64,000 bases of DNA from Octopus vulgaris. Taxonomy: Eukaryota. Below, one piece after another: positions 11,094 through 24,310 of the stretch. The stretch lies in contig OX597833.1 in the NCBI GenBank assembly GCA_951406725.2, forward strand, positions 8,308,001-8,372,000, in the 5' to 3' direction. The notes below the pieces were generated by a model. The model was not told where the DNA came from, did no database searches, and worked only from the letters and a program-made list of their open reading frames with translations. A program made the position numbers and the translations under genes. Each line of letters opens with the position of its first letter. Position 1 is the first letter of the stretch.

Positions 11094-13127
11094 TCAACCG
11101 ACTTTTTTGTGTTGTGGCATTCTATTGAAATAGGGAACTTCTGTGATACTGATGGTATAATTCACTAACCACATAGGACCGTCAACCACTTTCTTCTTAT
11201 TAACGTCTTCCCAGATGCCTGCTGGGATATATATGTTCCTGTGTGACGGTTGGTCGCAGAACAACGGTGCCACCAATATAGAGTCACCCACTAAAAATTG
11301 ATCCTTTATTGCGAGTGAATCGGAATCGTTTGGGTAAGACCACCAAATGGGTCGAATAAAAGGTACCCCAGCAAGGGTATCATTTTTTAATCCCATTAAA
11401 TGCGGGATCACAATCTTTTGTCTAAAAGCAAGCAATTTTTTAATGTTTTCTACAACAGATTCAGAATAAGACCAAGGGGTCACAGAAAACCGAATGGCGG
11501 GGAGGAATATAGAAGCCTGAAGCCATCGTTGATAGACTATTTCGTTCGGAATTTTGTTTGCAAACGTTCCGTCGCCAAACGATATCCCGTCCGACATTAT
11601 GTAAGGGTATCCTAAAATACCCAACACAAAGGATTTCTCAATCAGATTTGTAAAACACACCGAAGTATCATTTGAGACGATGACGCTCTGAACTGCGACA
11701 AACACTGAAGAATTTTGAGAGTGAGACACGTGATCAACGACCACTTTGTCACTGAACGCTCCCATAATCTCCGAGAAACGTTGATTCAAATCTCCGGAAT
11801 TAAATCCTTTCTTGAAGTGAGGTTGGAAAGGAAGGGACATGTTGCCATCGTATGTAAAATGAAAGGAACTGATTCGACTATCGAGTTGGAGTTGTTTTAG
11901 TTTTTGCATAAACCAGTCGACAGCTGGGGTATATGAAGCATCTAGCATGGCCCCTACCCCGTGGCTCCAATGCACCAGTCCCGGAACACGACCACCTGCG
12001 TCCATAATAAAATAGTTCTTCTCAATTCCTTCGCTAAATCTTTGCGAATTATGGTGAATATATGGTCTAATTGGCAGCATTAGGTCACATGACTGATCCA
12101 TGAATTTCATCAGATTAGAAATATTTCCAAAGTGAATCTCATTAAATTCTAAATTACCATATTCAGACTCCCATTTCCCAAACACTTCCATTGTAGAACA
12201 AGATAAATTCCTTTTGGTCAATTCTCTCGCCAGATCAACGACAGTCGACATCGATGCCAATTCGTTCCCAGCATCCTTTGCGATCCAATGTGGATGTTCA
12301 AACATTTTCACATTGGGCCACTTTTTGGTAGAATTTCTCGAGAAGTACTTCCTGACAGTAGAATAAGTGTCCATGATATTTCTACCGTAACATATTCGGT
12401 AGCGAAGAATCGGATTTGGTTTCTCGGTTATCTTGTTTGAAGAACCAAGCATCTGATTTTCAGTTGCAGATATCGAATTCGATTTGGAGTTAATACACAT
12501 CTCCATCAGTTTGGTTTTCTTCCAAGATACGTGAAAAGGTGTGGATTCGTTCAAGAGGATAGCAATACCATTTGACGACAGCCAAAAATGTTCCGACAGA
12601 TGACCGAATGTGTTAACGTCATTGAAAGTATAATTGGGAGAATGGGAATAACTGACATTTTGAAGAGGCCATTGGAAATCTCCTGTGTTTGAAGACCCAA
12701 ACCAATCAAGGTTACTGATGTAACAATCTCTAAGAACTTCGTTCTGGTTGTCAGCATCCCATTTCACGTTGAAACAGGACAGAGACCCCACTTGATGGTA
12801 GTCCAAATTCACTCTGGCAATTCCTTTCCAACGCATGCACATTTTTGATACGTTCTTCTTGTCGGCCGAACAGACGAGCGGCAGCCATCCTTTTGGAATG
12901 TTGTTTGCCAAATAACCTTTGAACTGCAGCGAACTCCAGGGCGCATCTTTGAACGTAAGAACACGACTGGACGTATCGAACGATATGCGCCGACCCATTT
13001 TGATGGCCAATCTTTCTTCTTCGTGAAAGTGCCACACTGCGCTCAGGTTTCCGATGATAAACAGAAACGTGATGGCGACCATAAAGTGAAGCTGGAACCT
13101 CTTCAGGTAACTCTGTTTCGGTGATTC
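11094..13127 (-). CDS. Last coding exon of a GH31 (MYORG / SITS-binding protein-like) type II membrane glycosidase-like gene
   Basis: 677-codon open frame of normal complexity. Acceptor tttttatttgcag|GAA (cag at 13130-13128), phase 0. N-terminal TM segment (FMVAITFLFIIGNLSAVW). GH31/MYORG-like motifs: FWLSSNG, GLVHWSHGVGAMLD, LGYPYIMSD, YQRWLQASIFLPAIRFSVTPW, PFIRPIWW, DQFLVGDSILVAP, IYIPAGIW. Many N-X-S/T sequons. The track's start at 13205 is intronic. Confidence 0.93.
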   Translation of the reverse strand, partial: ESPKQSYLKRFQLHFMVAITFLFIIGNLSAVWHFHEEERLAIKMGRRISFDTSSRVLTFKDAPWSSLQFKGYLANNIPKGWLPLVCSADKKNVSKMCMRWKGIARVNLDYHQVGSLSCFNVKWDADNQNEVLRDCYISNLDWFGSSNTGDFQWPLQNVSYSHSPNYTFNDVNTFGHLSEHFWLSSNGIAILLNESTPFHVSWKKTKLMEMCINSKSNSISATENQMLGSSNKITEKPNPILRYRICYGRNIMDTYSTVRKYFSRNSTKKWPNVKMFEHPHWIAKDAGNELASMSTVVDLARELTKRNLSCSTMEVFGKWESEYGNLEFNEIHFGNISNLMKFMDQSCDLMLPIRPYIHHNSQRFSEGIEKNYFIMDAGGRVPGLVHWSHGVGAMLDASYTPAVDWFMQKLKQLQLDSRISSFHFTYDGNMSLPFQPHFKKGFNSGDLNQRFSEIMGAFSDKVVVDHVSHSQNSSVFVAVQSVIVSNDTSVCFTNLIEKSFVLGILGYPYIMSDGISFGDGTFANKIPNEIVYQRWLQASIFLPAIRFSVTPWSYSESVVENIKKLLAFRQKIVIPHLMGLKNDTLAGVPFIRPIWWSYPNDSDSLAIKDQFLVGDSILVAPLFCDQPSHRNIYIPAGIWEDVNKKKVVDGPMWLVNYTISITEVPYFNRMPQHKKVG

Positions 13128-13421
13128 CTGCAAATAAAAACAATAAATAAAAATGAGTTTTTTTATGGAATAATGAAAGAGATAGATTAGGGGAACAAAT
13201 ATCAAAGGCGTAGAGGGAGGGGGATAGAGAGGGGGGTGATTTTTTCTTGGAAATAAAACCTATTTAAAGCAAGTACAATATTTATATTTTAAGTGCATTT
13301 TCAAATAAATATCTGTTGACTCGATTAAAATAGGAGTCAGACATTGTGTTAACAGTGAGCAGAAAGCATTGGGGGGGGGGGTGATGATGGGAGGAGGTCC
13401 AGCATGATTGCAATACAGAAG

Positions 13422-13460
<39 letters not shown>

Positions 13461-13483
13461 ATCTATCCCTCATTCTTATTCAT

Positions 13484-13825
13484 TTACTCTTTACTCTTTT
13501 ACTTGTTTCAGTCATTTGACTGCGGCCATGCTGGAGCACCGCCTTTAGTCGAGCAAATCGATCCCGGGACTTATTCTTTGTAAGCCCTGTACTTATTCTA
13601 TCGGTCTCTTTTGCCGAACCGCTAAGTGACGGGGGCGTAAACACACCAGCATCGGTTGTCAAGCAATGCTAGGGGGACAAACACAGACACACAAACACAC
13701 GCACACACACATATATATATATACATATATCCGACAGGCTTCTTTCAGTTTCCGTCTACCAAATCCACTCACAAGGCATTGGTCGGCCCGGGGCTATAGC
13801 AGAAGACACTTGCCCAAGATGCCAC
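13484..13825 (-). mobile_element. 5'-truncated SINE family A
   Basis: Near-identical to the body and tail of 36284-36718; head missing. Confidence 0.85.
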
Positions 13826-14445
13826 ATCATTCCTGTTCACATCCTCACGTCCTCGTCCACCACGTCCATCCTACATTCATCCTATTTAAACATCTGACCC
13901 CTGCCACCTCATATTTATATCCAACTCTCATCCTCCCATCACGATCGAGCAAACTTCCCAGCATCCTCCTCCGCACCCATGCTCTCTTTTATTCGCTTGC
14001 TGAACATGTGACCATGAGGCTACACACCCCGCCACGCCCATATTTACCTCTCCTCTGGACACCATTCCAATCTCACCCATATAAAAGGTGAAGTGGCCAG
14101 GAATCTCCTCCACATAAAATAAACCTGTTCCTGGTGTCCCCACCACCACCACCACCACCACCATCATACTTCAACCTCTCAACACTTCACTTAAAGTGAC
14201 CACCCCGTCGCCTACCCAGCCTTTCAGTCAAGTCACAAGACAACCCCATTGGTGCTGGTGCCACAAAACAAAAAAAAAAAGCATCCAGGACATTCGGAAG
14301 AGCATCCGGCTTTAGACGTCATTCCAAACTGAAAGCCATCAGATATTGTCAAAACGTTGAATCCACCACGAGAAGAACCCAAAAGTAACAGAACTACATG
14401 GGTCCATACATGCATCCATGTGTGAATACACATACACACATTTGC

Positions 14446-14525
<80 letters not shown>

Positions 14526-14528
<3 letters not shown>

Positions 14529-14748
14529 TCTTTTACTTGTTTCAGTCATTTGACTGCCGCCATGTTGGAGCACCGCCTTTGGTCGTGGAAATCGACCGCA
14601 AGACTTATTTTTGGGAAGCCTAATACTTATTCTATCGATCTCTTGTACCAAACCGCTAAGTTACGGGGACGTAAACACACCAGCATCGGTTGTCAAGCGA
14701 TGTTAGGGAGACAAACAAAGACACACACACATAGACACACGCATACAT

Positions 14749-14824
<76 letters not shown>

Positions 14825-14987
14825 GACGGGCTTCTTTCAGTTTCCGTCTACCAAGCCCACTCACAAGGCTTTGGTCGACCCGAGGCTATAGTAGAAGACA
14901 CTTACCCAAGGTGCTACGCAGTGGGAATGAACCCGAAACCATGTGGTTGGTAAGCAAGCTACTTACCACACAGCCACTCCTGCGCCT
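14526..14987 (-). mobile_element. Full-length SINE family A
   Basis: Reverse-complement match along the whole length to 36284-36718. Confidence 0.85.
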
Positions 14988-14989
14988 AT

Positions 14990-15105
14990 AGGGAGCTGCG
15001 TCGAGATCTTAGGTGTTTCGCTCATAAACATACATATCACCTGGTCTGAGATTCGAACCCGCCATCCCTCGACCGCGAGTCTGCTCCTCTAACCAGAAGG
15101 CCATA
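14990..15105 (-). mobile_element. SINE family C head
   Basis: Reverse complement matches 29225-29345 (gactcgcggtcg, ggttcgaatc, gagcgaaacacctaa). Confidence 0.7.
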
Positions 15106-15597
15106 TACATATATATATGTATATATATATCAAGGGTAGGACAGAAAGAACACGAGAAAAACAACATAGGCAAAAATAGACGATAACATAACAAACGAAA
15201 AACTAGACAAAAACTTGACACACGGACCATTCACAGCAGATTTCCTCATTAGTCAGAGTCCGGAAGCCCTAGCGGTTTCGCACTTATTTATCGTTGAGAC
15301 CGCTCGAATCTGGCAAGTGCCAGAGCGTTAAGCTAAAGGGATTAAACTTTTATGAAAAGCAAACGAATGTATAGAAGAACGAAAACAAGAACAAGAAAGC
15401 TAAAATGATACACATACAAGAGACGAACGCCTTTCGGTTATACAACAAGAAGAAAATAATTGTACAATTACAACATAAATAGATAAATAAGAGAAAGGGT
15501 CTTTCGACTGTCAGACGAACGTAGTAGACTGGCGCGAAGGAGAAATGGAAAATCTTAACAGACCGAGTGGGAGGACAGACGAACATATATAAACGTT

Positions 15598-15653
<56 letters not shown>

Positions 15654-15683
15654 TGTATGTATATATATGTATGTATGTGTATG

Positions 15684-15722
<39 letters not shown>

Positions 15723-15750
15723 AGGTTTGGAGATGATGTACAGGTATTAT

Positions 15751-16029
15751 ATATTAGAAGAAATGAGGTAATCAGAAGATCGGATGGTTTATATTTACAG
15801 ATATTTATTTATATATTACATTTTTTATATATATATCATATCACTTAGATCATTAGCGCTTTCTCCCATTCTAGTGGGGTTTTCAAATCAATTTGATTTG
15901 AAAACCCCACTAGAAATGGGAGAAAGCTAATAATCTGAATGATATGATATATATATGTAAAAAATGTAATATATAAATAAATATCTGTAAATATGAACCA
16001 TCCGATCTTCTGATTACCTCATTTCTAAT

Positions 16030-16031
<2 letters not shown>
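15751..16031. repeat. Long palindrome, ~140-bp arms, 1-nt spacer
   Basis: Centre caaatcaa-t-ttgatttg (15892); arms match out to agaaatgagg/cctcatttct. Confidence 0.95.
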
Positions 16032-16068
<37 letters not shown>

Positions 16069-16336
16069 ATATAATATAATATAATTGGCAGAGTACACTC
16101 ATTATTATTTAATGATATGTAAATGTGTAACCTTTGCGCAAAATGACATTAACACATTAAAACATTCAAAGAATATACATACGTGTGTCTATGTGTATGG
16201 GTGTCATCTATGTTTTCAACTTGGAACCCAACGGATGACCAATTACAGCACTCACGCAGCGTACCTATTCGTTTAGATCACCAGTGAACTAATCTCCTCA
16301 TATTCTACATAATACACACAGACACTGACACACACT

Positions 16337-16381
<45 letters not shown>

Positions 16382-16808
16382 ACACACACACACACATTAA
16401 AGTTAGATAAGGCCGGTTTATGGGACTACCTCCTCAGGCTTCACGTCCATAAAGGGTTTAACTTTATGGAGTATCAGCAGATCCTAAAACCCATTTGCTT
16501 AAGGCCTGTCTAGTAAGTGACCTCTCTAGACTATGGAGGAGGAAAGGATTCCGCTAATCAATGTCAACAAAGTGGATTGTCTCCTTTGGCTATCGATCGC
16601 CGGTGACCCCTACCCTCCTGTGGGTTCCAATTGGCCAGCAGGAATTGCCTGAAATGTAAGCACGGTGCGAAGACCTCCGTTCTGGAGTTAAGGATGTATC
16701 CTGCGTCGAGTTACAATAAGAACAGCAATAGACGAGTGAAGGACGATTATACGGTGCGTGTGCTTATTTGGTAAAAAAAAATTACCATCCCGATATACAA
16801 CAATATAG

Positions 16809-16853
<45 letters not shown>

Positions 16854-17203
16854 TGTGTGTGGAATCAAAATGGTGGCATAAAGGTACGACGAAGGAATTT
16901 ACAGGAAAAGCAGAAAATCTCTGTCCTTCATCAATTGCCAACCAAATGTCATCGCAATTTCGACACCATACACACACACATGTATATATATATGTATGCG
17001 TATGCGTCTGTGTGTGTATACGTGTGTGTGGGGTGGGGGTGGGGGTGTTTATGTGAATGCGTGTAACATAAATTTTAAGTTAAGCTCATTATTGTGAAGT
17101 ATGCGTTCGATTCCCGAACACATTGGCTTCTTGAGCATGGCGTTTCATTTTTCGCTGTTCCAGTGTGTTCAGCTGAAAACGAGTACTAACCAAGTACTGG
17201 CGC

Positions 17204-17239
<36 letters not shown>

Positions 17240-17376
17240 TTCCCAGATGTGAATTCCTGGATGTCCCGCTGGGTCAATATTCGGAGGGACGAGAGGGTGT
17301 TCCTGTTTGCACGTGACTATATATAGAAACATGTTACTCAGTCATATGTACGAGTGTGTGTGTGTGAGAGAGAGAG

Positions 17377-17424
<48 letters not shown>

Positions 17425-17595
17425 TGTGTATGTGTGTGTGTATGTGTGTGTGTCTGTGTGTGTATGTATGTGTGTGTGTGTAATACACGCTGCAAGGAGT
17501 GTCTTTTTTTTATACATTACTATACACCAAACAAACATTAATATATATCTCTATCTATGCCTCAATCCTTCAATTAATCTCTCTTTCTCCGTATG

Positions 17596-17635
<40 letters not shown>

Positions 17636-17704
17636 CATACAAATATATACATATATATACATACATACATACATACATATATATATGTGTATATGTATGT
17701 ATAC

Positions 17705-17809
<105 letters not shown>

Positions 17810-18213
17810 GTATGCATGTACACACACACACACTCATCCAAAAACAATATATTCAATATGACATGGTATGATAAATACGATGATGTTGTGTGCTTGGCGC
17901 AACAAACCAATACATAACCATAACAACGACCAATATGGAAACGAAAATCGCTTCTTTTGCAGCAGACGACACGCAAAGAATTACATACAGTCTCATTTGT
18001 CATATTACGCAATGATCGAAAAATATTGAGAAAGAATTTCGCAGAAATTCTTGGTGCATAAAAGAAATGAATGTAAAAAATTGTGTTTTCAATGAAAATT
18101 GAAGAAGAAAACCCAACATAACTATTTGAATTTCAGCTTACCTTCTCGTCCGCCATTAGTACAAGCTCTTTGATAAGACATATCATGTATTGTAGTGTTA
18201 TATTTGCGCGCGC

Positions 18214-18288
<75 letters not shown>

Positions 18289-18545
18289 AGTATGTGTGTG
18301 GGGGCGGGGTGTTTGTGTTTGACAGAGAAACGAGATGATTTGTGCATGGTGACAATTCCCTGAGGGACGGACATGAATTAATGGCATCCGAATATTTCAT
18401 TTTGCAGAGATAAAACTGTGAGAGAGATAAAGGAAATCGGTAAAGAGGAAGAGGAGAGAGGTTACAGATGGAGAGACAGGGTCTGTAAGAGAGGAAAAAG
18501 GGAGACATTACAGATGGATATTACCGACAGTGTCTATAAGAGAGA

Positions 18546-18597
<52 letters not shown>

Positions 18598-18958
18598 AGG
18601 AGAGACACACACACACACACACAGGTACTTCTGTGAGAGTGAAAAAGTAGATAGAGTTGGAAGTGAAAGTTTGGAGTAAGAGAGAGAGAGAGAGGGGGAG
18701 AGGGGGAAGGAGAGAGAAAAGATGAAGGCTTAAAGGGGGAGAGACACAAAGGAAAGATATGTGCCTATTAGAGGTAGAAAGAAAGAGAAAATAAGTGTGT
18801 GTGCGTGTGAAAGAGAGAGAGAGAGAGTGAGAGAGAGAGTAAGAGAGAGAGTAAGAGAGAGAGTGTGTGTGTGTGAGAGAGAAAAATAAATTCAGAAAGG
18901 AAGAGAACGAGAAGGAGACACCGTAAAAGAGGAAAATGTCAACGCGAATTGACATACG

Positions 18959-18996
<38 letters not shown>

Positions 18997-19043
18997 TTAA
19001 AATTACTAAGTCTCTCTAAAGGAGATTACGGCAGCGTTACTGG

Positions 19044-19286
19044 ATATTAATAGTTATCGCCATACTAATATGGCAGTCTATAAATATAAGACTAAAGCTG
19101 TCGCTGATTAGCTCAAGAGGCCATCGCCTCTAGCTAGCTATATGACACACGAACCTGCGTTGTAATGGACGCAGGTTCGTGTGTCATATAGCTAGCTAGA
19201 GGCGATGGCCTCTTGGAGCTAATCAGCGACAGCTTTAGTCTTATATTTATAGACTGCCATATTAATATGGCGATAACTATTAATAT
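19044..19286. repeat. Long inverted repeat, ~117-bp arms, 8-nt spacer
   Basis: 19044-19160 versus 19169-19286, one mismatch and one 1-nt indel. Confidence 0.95.
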
Positions 19287-20512
19287 ATATATATAAAATG
19301 ATAATAATGATAATAATATTAGGACTAATAGGAATAAGTCGATAAGTGTGTTTAAGTGTTTGATTAATATAATTATACACACACACACACAATTATCGAA
19401 TTAACCAAGCATGATGCAACGAACCCCCAGATTAGTTCCAGATCATTCCTAATCTTGAATCGAAAGATGATTTTTTTCCCGCCATCTTATTGTTGTTTGG
19501 CCCTTCTTTCATCAAATATCGGACTTTTTTGTCAAATGACATTTATCCCTTTAAAACGTTTTGCAATCGCTTAATCACGACCATTCTTATTATACCTGTG
19601 AACAATTTAATCCTAAATCTCTAGTATGTTAAATTACTTCCGCAATAAGCGAATTTCCCATTCATATTTCGATGGCAAACTAAGCAAGATGGCAGACATT
19701 AACCGGAAGGAATATCATCGCCTGTGCACCATGAAATTTAATTAATATGCAAATGTGCATTACATGTTTTAGTTAAAGGAGGCAGGACAGGGACCGCGTC
19801 CCTTTTCCATGGACTCTAAGGCTAGTGAGGGACAGGGAAGTTATCCTCAAACCGGGGACCTGGCCACAATGTAACGCATAGGACAAAGAAGATGCACTTT
19901 GAAGAAAGGAATGACTGTACACCGTCGGCAAATACGAAATACTAGTACACGACCAACACAGGTGAGTGAGCATTTGAATTTATGCCGCGTAAATAAATTG
20001 CTGAAATATTTTTTAAAAACGCTGACTGTTTAACTGTTTTATAAGGAATTTCACGGATCATTTAGTCGATTGAACAACTGGACGCTCATACATGGAAATC
20101 AACGGGAGTGTGTGTGTGTGTGTGCGCGCGCGCCTGTGTGTGTGTGTGTGTGAGTATTACAAACCTCGATCAAAGAAAGAAAAACAAGGACCATACCCCC
20201 TTTTCTGCGGCCCTCAAGACATGTGAGAGGGTGGAAAGGAAGTAATTCTCAAACTGGGGACCTGGCCACTGCCATATTGCGACAGACTGGACTCCACTAA
20301 AAGACATCCTAAATCCAGGATTATGCCTACCATTCCGACTGTCGTGAATAGGAAAATATGCATTCTTGGAAAGAAACAGTCCATCTTAGCGCTTCCTCAC
20401 AGTTTCCAGGTCTCGAATTGCTCTTACAAAGTTTTGGTAAATTCAAGGTGCCACACGGTGGAATTGAAGTTAAAATATCGTGGTTACCAAGTAAACTTGC
20501 TAACTCCACAAC

Positions 20513-20617
20513 CGGGTACGTGCCATATACAAGGCACAGACGGGTACGTGCCATATACAAGGCACAGACGGGTATGTGCCATATACAAGGCACAGACGGG
20601 TATGTGCCATATACAAG
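20513..20617. repeat. 28-bp minisatellite, 3.7 copies
   Basis: cgggtaygtgccatatacaaggcacaga at 20513, 20541, 20569 and 20597 (partial). Confidence 0.95.
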
Positions 20618-22949
20618 ATTGGGGTGAGAGATCAACAGAGATTAGAATAACCTTGGTTTAAACAACAACAACAACAACAACAATAAAAACAATAGCAACA
20701 ACAGGAACTACAACAGCAGCAACAACGTGTGTGTGTGTGGGGGGATAACTGTATGTGTGTGTATGCGCGTGTGTCACTATATGTGTGCGTATGTGAGTGT
20801 GTATGTAAGAGTAAGAGAGAATGAGAGAGTTTGAGTGTGTGTGTGTGTGTGTGTAAGTCTCTGTACAGGACTGATGCTTATAGAAACGGACATTACTCCG
20901 CTGCCCCGTGGTCTCTTTTGTTTACGGCTGGGTGGACTGAGCATGTGAGCAGAACAAACAGAAACAAACGCAATATCAATACTTGGATACGAACTCTTGG
21001 CCCATTATCGGGTACCCTACCGTGGCAGCCACCACCTTTCCTCAAAATAAACCTTTAAAAACGCACAAAAACTTTAAAAAAAAAAGAGAAAGTACTCTGA
21101 CCTTTGGTGTTACAGTCACTGGCGGGATTTGATCCTGAGTCGTCAGCTGTTTAGTTTTATCAACTGGGGTCGGGGCAGATATGGAAAGAGGGAATAATAG
21201 ACTGGCGAACCGAACCCTTCGTATGTTTCTCTCCAAGGTAGACGTAGACGTTTTGGAAATTCCAATTCTGTCAATGGCCGTCGTTGAGAAGGATTTGCCA
21301 TGTTCCAAGAAATTTAGTCTCGAAGAAAGAGCAGCCATCTGTGTGTGTGTGTGTGCAGGGTGATGTCTGTGTGTGTGCAGGTGTATGCAACTGTGTGTAC
21401 GTGTGTATAGAAATATGTGTGTGTGTGTGTGTGTGTATTCGTACGTGTGTGTGTGTGTATAGAAGTGTGTGTTTGAAGCTTTGATGTTGTTTTACTGGCA
21501 AAAGCGATCCAAACTGAAGGAAGAAGCTTCTAACGACATTGGAGGGGAAGGGGGATAAGAGAGGAAGAGGAGGAAGGGTAAAGGAGAGGGGAGGAAGAGG
21601 AGGAGGAGGAGGAGGAGGAGGAAGGGATGGTGTGAGAAAGGAAAGGTAAAGAATAAAGAAGAGAAGGAGGGTGAGACACAGTGGAGTGGCTGGGAGCAGA
21701 GGTAGAAGAAGAAGAAGAAGAAGAAGAAGAGGGAGGGGAGGAGAAAGTGGTAGGGGTAGAGAAGGAATTGGAGGAGGTTTGTGTTGGAGAAGAAGAAAGT
21801 GATGGGAAGGGCGACGGGGGCGTGTAGGGGTGGAAGGGTGGAAGGGTCGATGTTGCAGACAGAAAAGATCGACAGTCTAGAAGGTGTGGCTACGGATAAG
21901 GTAATGTGGTTAAGATTTGGTTTGCAGTCAGATGGTAACGGGTTCAGTCCCACAGTGGGTATATTTCATCATAAATTTGAATGAAAGTTATGTCTTGGAA
22001 GAAGAATTGGTAAGACGGAAACAGTGTAAAGACCTTGTGGCGGGGACCATTCGTGTTCTGGGGTGCGTTTCGTGTAGAATCCTATGTCAGAGTGGGGCTG
22101 GTCCGATGGCACCTCAGTATATTCTTACACTAGATCCTGTCCGAAAGCGAACCCCAAAGGAAGAGAGGGAAATCTAGGAAGACACGGCACGGCCCCTTCA
22201 AAGATCTGAAGTAACTTAGTGCCGCCTGAGAAGATACTGGCGATTCTGTGATTGGGGATGTGTTGCTGCTCGAGATAAGGGGCCAACTGTATGGAAGAAA
22301 CTAAGACTATGGTTAAGACATCCTAGTGGAATAATTCTTTGGATGGTTATTAAAAAAAGGAAAAGTATCGATGGAGGACGGGGGTTGGTAGAGGTGTAAG
22401 AATGTGGGACCAAAGTGTCTTGTGGTATTTGTTGAAATCTTTCCAAGCCTACTTGTGGTGGGTGGAGAGCTCACTTGTCACCCGGTTTAACATCATCACA
22501 TGGCACCCCGGGTAGGTTTGGCAGAGTCCACCTTGTTGTAAGAATTCAGGCCAAGCTTCCAGTTTGAGGATCCCTTCCTTCCGCCCTCCTGCCCTCCCAC
22601 TGGTCCTTAAGGCCTTGTATAGGGTCATGGGCTCTGCTTTCCCTTCTGACACTAAAAACATTAAAAAGTAAGAAAGAAATTGTTTATTCATTGTCTTCCG
22701 GTCCCTCTTTACCGAAAAGGCTAAAGGGCTCCATCCTTCCTCTTCCCCGCTTGATGAAGGTATAAAAAACCCCACTTCTGAGAGTATATCCATGAGGCGA
22801 GAGTACGCCAATATAGGAAGTACGTGGATTTAGGGAGTATATCAGCAGTAAGTAGGGAGTACATCGATAAAGAGTGCGTCAACGTAGAGCATATCAACAT
22901 GGAGTATATCAATATCGATATATAGAGTACATCGATACGGGGAGGGGGC

Positions 22950-23320
22950 ATTAATAAAAAAGGGTACATCGATGTAGGGGGTACATTAATAAAAAAGGGT
23001 ACATCGATGTAGGGGGTACATTAATAAACAAAAAGGGTACATCGATGTAGGGGGTACATTAATAAAAAAGGGTACACCGATGTAGGGGGTACATTGATAA
23101 TAAAAAAGGGTACATCGATGTAGGGGGTACTTAAATAAAAAAAGAGTACATCGATGTAGGGGGTACATTAATAAAAAAGGGTACACCGATGTAGGGGGTA
23201 CATTAATAATAAAAAAGGGTACATCGATGTAGGGGGTACTTAAATAAAAAAAGGGTACATCGATGTAGGGGGCACACTGATTTAGGGAGTACATTAATGT
23301 AGAGAGTACATCGATAAAGA
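22950..23320. repeat. ~35-bp minisatellite, about 9 copies, with degenerate flanks
   Basis: ttaataaaaaagggtacatcgatgtagggggtaca repeated. Confidence 0.95.
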
Positions 23321-23489
23321 GAGTACCTCAAGCTAGGGAGCAATATTCTACTTGTTTCCACTGTTAACTCTCTTTCTATACATTGTATAGAGTTTTGGGG
23401 GGGTGACATCTTGCATAGGGGTGCGGTGGGGGTATGCATATATGCAAATGTGTATATGTGTGTATGTATGCGTGTGCATGTTGTTCTAT

Positions 23490-24148
<659 letters not shown>

Positions 24149-24259
24149 GCACTCATTAAAGCTTGGGTTAATTTCAGTGACTTTTTATTTATGTTTTTAT
24201 TTGTTTATCAGATTCGCTTCAATTCTAGGAAAAAATAAAGTTTTTGTTTTTCGATTGTA

Positions 24260-24310
<51 letters not shown>

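Noticed and set aside
13128-13205. N-terminal 26 aa of the 703-aa ORF
   Set aside because: Non-ATG start in a polypyrimidine tract upstream of a clear acceptor; intronic.
16410-16570. HDV-like ribozyme in a possible RTE 5' UTR
   Set aside because: Hairpins and a GCTAA motif are present, but P1, P2 and P3 could not be built convincingly by eye.
22216-22811. 120-aa and 76-aa ORFs of normal complexity
   Set aside because: No recognisable domain or splice signals; probably a decayed repeat.
22950-23320. CRISPR-like array of palindromic repeats
   Set aside because: Intervening segments are near-identical rather than unique spacers; eukaryotic context; no cas genes.
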